Shown piece by piece: positions 50,023-58,311 of a stretch of 64,000 nt of DNA. A program made the position numbers and the translations under genes. The notes under the pieces were generated by a model. The model searched no databases, was not told the DNA's origin, and saw only the letters and a program-made list of their open reading frames with translations. Within the stretch, counting starts at the first letter, position 1. Each line of letters starts with the position of its first letter. Source of the stretch: an uncultured Prevotella sp. (GTDB taxonomy: Bacteria; Bacteroidota; Bacteroidia; Bacteroidales; Bacteroidaceae); NCBI GenBank assembly GCA_905234845.1, contig CAJOIW010000025.1:2374-66373 (forward strand), read 5' to 3'.

Positions 50023-51079
50023 ACAAAAGATAATGAAAAAGGCTTCCTCTCCTTCGGGACCGACTGGGGAGGGGGCCTCGGAAGTAGGTGTGCTCCTCAT
50101 CTTCTTCAATCGCCCCGACCGTTTCCGCGAGGTGTTCGAGGAAGTCAGGAAAGCTCGTCCCGACCGGCTGTTCCTCTATCAGGACGGCCCGCGTGGCGAG
50201 CACGACATGGAAGGCATCAAAGCCTGCCGCGAGATTGCCGAGCAGATAGACTGGCCGTGCCACGTGGAGCGATTCTATCAAGAGCACAACGTCGGCTGCG
50301 ACCCCTCGGAGTTCATCGCGCAGAAATGGGCTTTTTCGTTTGTCGACCGTTGCATCGTGCTCGAAGACGACGACGTGCCCACGCAGTCGTTCTTCCGCTT
50401 CTGCCAGGAATTGCTCGACCGCTATGCCGATGACGAGCGCATTACCATGATAGCCGGATTCAACAGCGACGAGGTGACCCCCGACGCTGATGCCGACTAT
50501 TTCCTCACCTCCGTGTTCAGCATCTGGGGATGGGCGTCATGGCGGCGCGTCATTGACCAATGGGACGAACATTATACCTGGCTCGACGACCCCGAAAAGG
50601 TTAGCCACATTGAGCGACTCATGGCCTCAGGAACGCTGCGACGCGATTTCCTGCGGATGTGCCGCGACCATTGCGCCAGCGGAAAAGCTTACTATGAGAC
50701 CATTTTCTGGAGTCACATGATTCTCTCTGGAGGTTTGGCCATCATGCCCGCAAAGAATCAGATTAACAACCGCGGCCTCAGCGATGACTCCACCCACTAC
50801 AGCGGCTCACTTGCCACCACTCCGCGCCGCCTGCGCCGACAGTTCACCATGCAACGACATGAACTTACCTTCCCCCTGCGCCATCCCGTGGAGCTCACGG
50901 AGAACGAGGCTTTCCGCAAACGCGTCTATCTGCGCAACGCATGGAACAACCCCTGGCGCAAGGTGCAATACAGTGTCGAAGAGTTATGGCTCAACCTCAT
51001 CCACGGCAACTTCGCCGCTATCGGCAAGGCCATCGGCAAACGGTTCGCCAAATGGACAGGCAAAAACAAACACCAATGA
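50006..51079 (+). CDS. GT-A fold nucleotide-diphospho-sugar transferase-like protein
   Basis: LIFFNRP, QDGPR, IVLEDD, WGWASWRR; start uncertain (50006-50033). Confidence 0.8.
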   Translation: MKMKNEQKIMKKASSPSGPTGEGASEVGVLLIFFNRPDRFREVFEEVRKARPDRLFLYQDGPRGEHDMEGIKACREIAEQIDWPCHVERFYQEHNVGCDPSEFIAQKWAFSFVDRCIVLEDDDVPTQSFFRFCQELLDRYADDERITMIAGFNSDEVTPDADADYFLTSVFSIWGWASWRRVIDQWDEHYTWLDDPEKVSHIERLMASGTLRRDFLRMCRDHCASGKAYYETIFWSHMILSGGLAIMPAKNQINNRGLSDDSTHYSGSLATTPRRLRRQFTMQRHELTFPLRHPVELTENEAFRKRVYLRNAWNNPWRKVQYSVEELWLNLIHGNFAAIGKAIGKRFAKWTGKNKHQ

Positions 51080-52650
51080 AAAAAGCCGCACTCTTCCTTG
51101 TTGCGATACTAATCGCAACCGCTGCCGGCGCTACCGACAGGAAAATAAAAATCACCAAGCGCTATCTCAACTATCCCATCTCGCATAGTGTCGACCGCAA
51201 ATGGATGACACTCTCCATTGGCGGAAAACAGGTGTGCCGCTCGGTCATCCGACTGACCAGCGGGCAGCCCGATTATTGGGTGTTCGAGGATGTCAGCGCA
51301 TGGAAAGGAAAAACTCTCACCCTCTCGTTCGATGGCGATGAGTCTGCACTGGCAAAGGTTTTTCAGGCCGACACCATCATGGACGAGTCGGAGATCTACC
51401 ACGAGAAATATCGTCCGCAATACCACTTCACCACGCGACGCGGATGGATCAACGACCCCAACGGACTGGTCTATCATAAAGGCAAGTACCACATGTTCTA
51501 CCAGCACAATCCCTACGAGCGCGAATGGGAGAACATGCACTGGGCGCATGCCGTGTCGACCGACTTGTTGCACTGGCAGGAACAGCCCCTCGCACTTCAT
51601 CCCGATACCATCGGTACCATCTTCTCCGGCTCTGCCGTGTCCGTCGGCGACACGCTCTATGCCTTCTACACCGCCGACAAGCCCGAATACGAACGGCAGT
51701 GCATGGCATGGAGCACCGACGAAGGCCTTTCGTGGACGAAATACAACGGCAACCCCATCATCGACTCGCACGAGAAATGGCAGAGCCATGACACCCGAGA
51801 CCCGAAAGTATTTCAATATGGACAACACTGGGTGATGGTGCTCAACGAGCGCGACGGCCATACCATCTACAACTCCACCGACCTCAAGACATGGACACCC
51901 ACCTCGCACATCACAGGATTCTGGGAATGCCCCGAGTTGTTTAAAATCAACAATTATTGGGTCATGTGGGGCGCATCGGGCACCTATATGATCGGCACGT
52001 TCGACGGCAAGACCTTCACACCGCTTGGCCCGAAACAGTGCAACGTGGGCGGCTCGGCCTATGCGGCGCAATGCTTCAACAACATTCCCGCCACCGACGG
52101 ACGCGTCATCAAGATGGCATGGGGGCGCATCTCGTTCGACGACATGCCCTTCAACGGCTGTATGCTACTGCCGCAGGAACAAGTGCTCGTGAACACATCA
52201 CAAGGTCTGCGGCTCTACAGCCGACCCGTCGCCGAGACCGAGCAACTGTTTGAGAAAGCCTATGAGGGCCACGACCTCAGTCAGACCGAGGCCAACAGAG
52301 CTCTGCAAGCCTACAACGGCAACGACTGTCTGCGCATACGGCTTACCCTCATGCTTACCTATGCCACCGATGCCGGACTGAGCTATCAAGGGCAGCGCCT
52401 GCTCGACTACGACATGAACGGCAACCGTCTGAACGGACAGTTCTTCACCCCCGACGAGCCTGGCTCAATGGAGCTCACCGCCGACATCTACATCGACCGC
52501 GCCGTTGTCGAGGGCTTCATCAACGACGGAGCCTATAGCTACAGCATGAAGCGCGACGTAAAGAGCACCTCCCAAGAAGGCTACACCCTCTTCGGCAATC
52601 AGTTGAAAATCAAAAAACTCGAAGTCTTTACCGCCAAGTCAATCTGGTAA
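51076..52650 (+). CDS. Secreted GH32 beta-fructosidase/levanase
   Basis: Signal peptide from MKKAA; WINDPNG, FSGSA, RDPKV, WECP catalytic motifs. Confidence 0.93.
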   Translation: MKKAALFLVAILIATAAGATDRKIKITKRYLNYPISHSVDRKWMTLSIGGKQVCRSVIRLTSGQPDYWVFEDVSAWKGKTLTLSFDGDESALAKVFQADTIMDESEIYHEKYRPQYHFTTRRGWINDPNGLVYHKGKYHMFYQHNPYEREWENMHWAHAVSTDLLHWQEQPLALHPDTIGTIFSGSAVSVGDTLYAFYTADKPEYERQCMAWSTDEGLSWTKYNGNPIIDSHEKWQSHDTRDPKVFQYGQHWVMVLNERDGHTIYNSTDLKTWTPTSHITGFWECPELFKINNYWVMWGASGTYMIGTFDGKTFTPLGPKQCNVGGSAYAAQCFNNIPATDGRVIKMAWGRISFDDMPFNGCMLLPQEQVLVNTSQGLRLYSRPVAETEQLFEKAYEGHDLSQTEANRALQAYNGNDCLRIRLTLMLTYATDAGLSYQGQRLLDYDMNGNRLNGQFFTPDEPGSMELTADIYIDRAVVEGFINDGAYSYSMKRDVKSTSQEGYTLFGNQLKIKKLEVFTAKSIW

Positions 52651-53604
52651 AGTCATCATCTTTCTATGCTGCCATATCTCAACAGAGTTAATAATATTCT
52701 GCCAGAGTATATAGCAACCCGGTCCTACTGACGACAACGGATTCAGATAGGTATAGGCAATCCAGATGGCAAACGCCGTGTTCTTCTGTCCGAGTGCCTG
52801 TCCGGCCTCTACCGTACGGCCGAAGTAGTGACCGATGAACCTGCCCACCGCAAACTGAACGACACACAGCACCATGCCCAGCAAGGCTATCGCCAACAGA
52901 AACCATGCGGTAGTATCAGCATGACAGATGTTGCGCACCGTAGTGCCCGTGACAATCGTCAGCGATGCCGCCCAGAGGTAATACGACAAGTCTTTCACCC
53001 CGATGATGCGACGATGCAGACCTTTCATCCAGTGCTTCACCACGTAGGCCAACGCCATCGGCACAAGCAGCACCAGACAAACCTCGCGCAATATCTTCAG
53101 AAAAGCATCCATGAAACTGATGTTGGCAGCCTTGTCGATCATCGGGAAGCAGACGGGGATGAGCAGAGCGGTAATCATGTTGGAGAGGAACGTGTAGGTA
53201 GTCATCTCCTCCAGCGACCCGCCGAGTTTCTGCGTCACCACAGCGGCAGCTGCCGCACACGGACCGATGATGCACGTCAGCAGGGCTTCCATCAGAATGA
53301 GGCTATGCCCCTGCAACCTGAAGCCAAGCACCAGCCCCACCGCAATCATCACAAACAGCACCTGAAAAACCCCTACCCACAAATGCCAGCCCACAGGACG
53401 CATCTTATGGAAGTCCACCTTACAGAAGGTCACAAACAGAATGCCGAACATGAACACAGGGAAGATGGCCTCTATGACAGGGTCGAAAAACGCCGCTGCC
53501 TCGTCCAGCGCAGGCGTGTAGGCAAAGAGCAGATACACCAGCGTACCCGCTCCCATCGCCACCGGCAACGTCCAGTCCTTCAGAAATCGTACCACGTCTG
53601 TCAT
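52639..53604 (-). CDS. Bile acid:sodium symporter-like membrane transporter
   Basis: About 9-10 TM segments, PCAAAAAVVT, GQALGQKN. Confidence 0.8.
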   Translation of the reverse strand: MTDVVRFLKDWTLPVAMGAGTLVYLLFAYTPALDEAAAFFDPVIEAIFPVFMFGILFVTFCKVDFHKMRPVGWHLWVGVFQVLFVMIAVGLVLGFRLQGHSLILMEALLTCIIGPCAAAAAVVTQKLGGSLEEMTTYTFLSNMITALLIPVCFPMIDKAANISFMDAFLKILREVCLVLLVPMALAYVVKHWMKGLHRRIIGVKDLSYYLWAASLTIVTGTTVRNICHADTTAWFLLAIALLGMVLCVVQFAVGRFIGHYFGRTVEAGQALGQKNTAFAIWIAYTYLNPLSSVGPGCYILWQNIINSVEIWQHRKMMTLPD

Positions 53605-53812
53605 TCCGCACTTTTCCCTTTTCCGCCTGCAAAATTACAAAAAATGGAGTTGTCTGCAACCCCATTCTTGAAAATAATTCATTGTCCTACAAATGATATT
53701 TCACAAACATTCAAAACAACATTAAATAAAAACACTTAATTCTTCTGAATTTCAAAATATTTTACACGCTTTCTTGCGAAATTCAAAATAATTTATTACT
53801 TTTGCAAGCAGA

Positions 53813-54112
53813 ATGAGAATTGTATCACATAGAAAGCTGGTGGAGTTCTACCAACAAAAGGGACATAGCGACGCAAAAGCTGCGTTGGAGCGATGGTACG
53901 ACATCGCCAATCAGGCCGAGTGGCACAACCTTTCCGACATCAAAGTAGACTTCCCCGCAACCGATTATGTTGGAAATCAACACTATGTGTTTAATATTCG
54001 AGGGAACAAATACCGCCTCATCGTGGTAGTGAAATTCACCATTGGCCATATTTTCATCCGATTTGTCGGAACCCATGCCGAGTATGACAAAATAAACAGT
54101 TCAACAATATAG
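53813..54112 (+). CDS. higB: HigB family toxin
   Basis: MRIVS...L.EF, W....DIK.DFP.D.VG...VFNIRGNKYRLI, FVGTHAEYDKI; toxin-first order. Confidence 0.92.
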   Translation: MRIVSHRKLVEFYQQKGHSDAKAALERWYDIANQAEWHNLSDIKVDFPATDYVGNQHYVFNIRGNKYRLIVVVKFTIGHIFIRFVGTHAEYDKINSSTI

Positions 54113-54124
54113 GAGGAAGGAAAA

Positions 54125-54487
54125 ATGAACACCGTAACACAAGCACAATATGAATTTGCTCTTCGGCGGATAGAAGAATTGCTGCCGCTGGTAGACGACA
54201 GCATGCCAGCTAACGATCGTCACGCGGTGGAGCTGACACTGATGTCCGACATTGTCATCGCCTACGAGAAGGAGCACTTCCCTATCGGAAAGCCTACCGT
54301 ATCGGAGTTGATAGAATTATCGCTTGCCGAGAAGAAGATGACTCAAAGGCAGCTGGCTCTGGAAGTTGGCGTGAGTCCGTCGCGCATTAGCGACTATGTG
54401 TCCGGGCGTGCCGAGCCGACCCTAAAAGTGGCACGCCAATTGTGCCGAGCATTAAACATCGCGCCTGCCGCCATGCTGGGATGCTGA
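54125..54487 (+). CDS. higA: HigA-type HTH antitoxin
   Basis: QYE.AL.RIEEL, AYEKEHFPI, Xre HTH MTQRQLALEVGVSPSRISDY.SGRAEPT. Confidence 0.9.
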   Translation: MNTVTQAQYEFALRRIEELLPLVDDSMPANDRHAVELTLMSDIVIAYEKEHFPIGKPTVSELIELSLAEKKMTQRQLALEVGVSPSRISDYVSGRAEPTLKVARQLCRALNIAPAAMLGC

Positions 54488-54571
54488 CCTTTGCGGCATT
54501 ACAAAAATAACGTAACATGCCATGTCCCACATTCGGACGATAGAGAATTCCTGTAATTTAGTTTTTCCAAT

Positions 54572-55561
54572 ATGACGAACATTCAACAACCAAATACTTT
54601 TCCCGATCTGATGGCGGGAAAGAAAATGATGTATGTGCATGGGTTCGGGTCGTCGGCGCAGACGGCTACGGTGGGGCGCATCAGGCAGACATTCCCGAAC
54701 GCGGAGGTCGTGGCCTACGACATGCCCATAGAGCCGCACGACGCCATCGCACTACTGAAGGCGAAATGCGAGGAGGACCGCCCCGACCTCATCATCGGCA
54801 CGTCGATGGGCGGCATGTATGCCGAGCAACTCTATGGCTTCGACCGTATCTTGGTCAATCCGGCTCTGCAGATTGCCGACACTATGCAGGCGCATGGGCT
54901 GACCGGAAAGCAGACTTTCTTCAATCCGCGACAAGACGGAGTGCAGGAGTTTTATGTGGACAAGCCTCTCGTGAAGCGCTATCGCGAGGTGAGCGAGCAA
55001 CGGTTCAACGGAGTCGACGAGCAGGAACGGAAGCGCGTGTGGGGACTCTTCGGCGACCGCGACGACCTTGTCCATACCTACGATCTGTTTCTTGAGCACT
55101 ATCCGCAGGCCATTCGCTTCCACGGTGAACACCGCATCAGCGAGTCGGCTTTCTATCACGCCATCGTGCCCGTTGTGCGCTGGATCGACGACCGTCAGCA
55201 ACAGCGCGAGCGCGAGATAGTGTATATCGCCTATGAGACCATGCGCGACAGCTACGGCAAGGCCGCATCATCGCTGCGCAAGGCTTTCCAAATGCTCATT
55301 GAGCGCTATCAGGTCTACCTCGTCTGCCCGACACCATCGACCCATCCCGCCCTCGCACCGGAGATGCATGCGTGGATTCTCGACCAGCTCGACGCGCCGG
55401 CCCACGACCATATCGTATTCACCAACCGCCGCGACCTGCTCTACGGCGACTACCTCATCGGCACCGCCCACGATAAAGCGTTCACGGGCACCCTGCTCGA
55501 ATATGGCTCCGACGAGATGAAGACCTGGGAGCACATCATCACCTTCTTCAACCGGATATAA
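54572..55561 (+). CDS. YqiA/UPF0227 alpha/beta hydrolase fused to a degenerate 5'(3')-deoxyribonucleotidase-like domain
   Basis: YVHGFGSS, IGTSMGG, LVNP, GEHR; C-terminal IVFTNRRDLLYGDYLI. Confidence 0.75.
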   Translation: MTNIQQPNTFPDLMAGKKMMYVHGFGSSAQTATVGRIRQTFPNAEVVAYDMPIEPHDAIALLKAKCEEDRPDLIIGTSMGGMYAEQLYGFDRILVNPALQIADTMQAHGLTGKQTFFNPRQDGVQEFYVDKPLVKRYREVSEQRFNGVDEQERKRVWGLFGDRDDLVHTYDLFLEHYPQAIRFHGEHRISESAFYHAIVPVVRWIDDRQQQREREIVYIAYETMRDSYGKAASSLRKAFQMLIERYQVYLVCPTPSTHPALAPEMHAWILDQLDAPAHDHIVFTNRRDLLYGDYLIGTAHDKAFTGTLLEYGSDEMKTWEHIITFFNRI

Positions 55562-55568
55562 CCCACAA

Positions 55569-55598
55569 AGGCTGACCCCAAAAAGGTCAGCCTTTTTT
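55569..55598 (+). terminator. Intrinsic terminator
   Basis: AGGCTGACC-loop-GGTCAGCCTTTTTT. Confidence 0.88.
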
Positions 55599-55767
55599 CA
55601 CATTTTTAAGTTAATTCGCCAGTGCCGTTTTGCGCTGAGAATGAGAAATTCTCCACGAGCATGCCCTTCCGTCACAAAAACACCCGTTTTTTCTCGATTT
55701 TGCTAACTCGCTGGCAGCCAGTCCAGTAGGTTGCATAACGCGGTACGCCACGTCCCTACATACTTCC

Positions 55768-55871
55768 GAAAGATATGCCTTTCGCTTGCGAAAGCTAAGC
55801 TTTCACCCTCCGAAAGACCGTCTTTCGTACTTCAAAACCTTGTCTTTCGCAACCCGAAACATATACCTTTC
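55768..55871. repeat. 22-bp-phased palindrome array (5 units)
   Basis: Units start at 55768, 55790, 55812, 55834, 55856. Confidence 0.9.
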
Positions 55872-55949
55872 GGAAATGCTCAATGAAAAATGATACGTGA
55901 AAAGTTAATGAAAGAGTGGTAAACAGCCGTTTTTCTGACTTTCCAACGC

Positions 55950-55988
55950 AAAAAATCGGGCCAAAGTTTTAACACTTCGCCCGATTTT
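55950..55988 (-). terminator. Terminator for the ATPase-ribF-CPBP operon
   Basis: AAAATCGGGC...GCCCGATTTT with a U-run on the minus strand. Confidence 0.7.
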
Positions 55989-56029
55989 AGTTCACAAATT
56001 GAACAAAAAAAACTATCTCGTAATGCTTT

Positions 56030-56842
56030 CTATAAACCAGGGCGCTTCATGCGCAGATGAAGCTGATAAAGGGCAGGGAGGAAGATGCAGAGAGAGAACA
56101 CCACATAGAGCAGCTCGCGGCGCACATCACCGCCGCAGAGGTCGATGAGGTCGGCGTCGGTCATTCCCGGCATGAGCATACAGACCACGTAGGCAATGGT
56201 GTTGTTCACCCAATGGAACACGATGCCGGGCACGATGCTGCCTGTGCGCCAATACATCCAGCCCAGCAGCAGGCCGATGAGCGTGGCATGGAAAAACTGC
56301 GGCAGGTTGCCGTGACAGGCCCCGAAGAGCAAAGCCGAGACCAGAATAGCAAGGAAGGTTGAACGGTTGAACGGTTGAACGGTTGAACAGTTCCCGTTAT
56401 CGTTCCCGTTATGGAGCAGGGTGCGGAGGATGGCTCCGCGAAACACCATCTCCTCGGCCACGGGCACGAGGATGCCGACGGCAAGATAACCCAGCGGATG
56501 GTTCATGAGACGAAGGAAAATCTGTTCGTATTCGGGCGGCAGCTCCATGCCCAAGTGCTCTTGCAGAAAGGCCGACGGCAACACCGTGCCCACAGCCAGC
56601 AATGCCGTCCACAGCACCACGTCCCAGGGGTGGCTCTGCAGGTATCGGCGCGAGAAGGGCGACCACCGCAGCCATGCAAAGACGGCAATGGTGATGATGC
56701 TGCTCACGATGGCCTTCACCACTGTGGCGGTGGCATCGGCAGTCTCAACATGAAAGATAAGGCGTGTAACAATCTCTACGAAGACTTGCACCACCAAAAA
56801 CACGACGATATAGAGTATTGAGTCAATTATTTTCTTCGTCAT
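56030..56842 (-). CDS. CPBP (CAAX/Abi) family intramembrane metalloprotease
   Basis: PVAEEMVFRG, FGACH, FHWVNN. Confidence 0.92.
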   Translation of the reverse strand: MTKKIIDSILYIVVFLVVQVFVEIVTRLIFHVETADATATVVKAIVSSIITIAVFAWLRWSPFSRRYLQSHPWDVVLWTALLAVGTVLPSAFLQEHLGMELPPEYEQIFLRLMNHPLGYLAVGILVPVAEEMVFRGAILRTLLHNGNDNGNCSTVQPFNRSTFLAILVSALLFGACHGNLPQFFHATLIGLLLGWMYWRTGSIVPGIVFHWVNNTIAYVVCMLMPGMTDADLIDLCGGDVRRELLYVVFSLCIFLPALYQLHLRMKRPGL

Positions 56843-58311
56843 GATAACTGTTTTTTTATTGCTTCGCGGTCGGCGATGAGCTGCTGTCGAAGCGCTTCAG
56901 GCGACGGGAATTTTCGCTCGTCGCGTACTCGCCACAATAGTTCCACACCGAGACGTTCGCCGTAAATATTACCAGAAAAATCGAAGATATGCAGTTCAAT
57001 GGTTTGCTGCTTGCCGTTGTAGGTGGGGCGATGGCCTATGTTCAGCATACCCATTTTCCCATCCACACGGGCAGCATAGACGCCGCCTTTTGGCGGCAGC
57101 TTATCCGAGTCGACGCGAAGATTGGCAGTTGGGAATCCAATGTTTCTGCCCTCCTGCCAGCCCTCCACAACGGTGCCGAAAAGCGTATAAGGCCGTCCCA
57201 GCAATGTTGCGGCCTCGTCGACGCGACCCTCTGATACTAATCGTCGGATGGCCGATGACGAAACTTTAACATCGGGGCACTCGTCAACATGCAGTACCGT
57301 GATGCCCAGTTCTTTGCCATAAGCCACATAGTCGTCGAAGGTGGTCGTGCGGTCGCACCCGAAACGATTATCATAACCGAGTACCAGGCAACAGACATTA
57401 TATTGTTTCTTCAGCACCTGTTCCATATATTGACGGGCTGTCAGACGGGCTGTCTCGCGGTTGAATGGTTCGTAGCAAACCTCATCGATTCCCGTGTCTA
57501 ATATCGGCCCCGACTTCTCGTCATATAATGTCAGTACGGGTAGTTGTTCGCCAGTAATGACCTGTCGGGGCGGCACTGCAAACGTAATGGCCATCGACCG
57601 TAGATTCCTTTGTCTGGCTTCGGCGACCACCTGACGGAGTAGATACTGATGACCTCGATGTACGCCGTCGAACATGCCAATGGTGGCTACATAGCCACCC
57701 AAAAACTTCATCCAGTCGTGGCCGGTCGTCTCGTGCAGCGTATGTATGCCCAGACGCTCGGCCGACTGACAGTTCTCCAGTGAGTCATCGATGAAAAGAG
57801 TCTCCTCAGCCTTGATGCCTGCCTGCGAGAGCACCGCCTCGAAAATCTCGGCATCGGGCTTCTTCATCTGCATCTCGTAGGAGAGAAACACATGTTCGAA
57901 ATAGTCGTCCACCTGATGACCGTCGCGCAAAAAGTCGCGCTCATGCTTCAGCCAGTGCATCTCGTTGGTATTGCTCAGCAGAAACATGCGATAGTGTTGG
58001 TTCAGACTGCGCAACATGGCCAGTTTCTCGTCGGGTATCACCGTCGTCAGCTCGCTCCATGCCGCGACGATTTGCTCATCGTCGGCCTCGCAACGTGTCC
58101 GACGGCGCACCTCGTCGCAGAAGTCGTGTGTGGTGATGTGACCCAGCTCGATGTCGAGAAACAGGTCTTCCGTGCGGTGTTCCTCCACATAGGTGGCAAT
58201 CTCCTGGGCGCCAAGAGCCACGAAGGCGTCGATGCAACGCCGGGCGTTGAGGCCGACGAGTACGCCGCCCATGTCGAAGACGATATTCTTGATATTATTC
58301 TCGTTATTCAT
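56839..58311 (-). CDS. ribF: HAD phosphatase fused to bifunctional FAD synthetase/riboflavin kinase
   Basis: N-term NIVFDMGGVL, LLSNTN, KPDAEIF, FIDDS; then ATIGMFDGVHRGH, VSSSAIR, IGFPTANL, NIGHRPT, IELHI in one frame; TAATG overlap with the ATPase. Confidence 0.9.
   Translation of the reverse strand: MNNENNIKNIVFDMGGVLVGLNARRCIDAFVALGAQEIATYVEEHRTEDLFLDIELGHITTHDFCDEVRRRTRCEADDEQIVAAWSELTTVIPDEKLAMLRSLNQHYRMFLLSNTNEMHWLKHERDFLRDGHQVDDYFEHVFLSYEMQMKKPDAEIFEAVLSQAGIKAEETLFIDDSLENCQSAERLGIHTLHETTGHDWMKFLGGYVATIGMFDGVHRGHQYLLRQVVAEARQRNLRSMAITFAVPPRQVITGEQLPVLTLYDEKSGPILDTGIDEVCYEPFNRETARLTARQYMEQVLKKQYNVCCLVLGYDNRFGCDRTTTFDDYVAYGKELGITVLHVDECPDVKVSSSAIRRLVSEGRVDEAATLLGRPYTLFGTVVEGWQEGRNIGFPTANLRVDSDKLPPKGGVYAARVDGKMGMLNIGHRPTYNGKQQTIELHIFDFSGNIYGERLGVELLWRVRDERKFPSPEALRQQLIADREAIKKQLS

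Noticed and set aside
10201-55976. Recurrent ATGTTAAA/TTTAACA(T/C) in intergenic DNA (e.g. 10202, 10574, 23644, 36108, 48691, 49082, 55968)
   Set aside because: Short and AT-rich; cannot be told from background without an enrichment test
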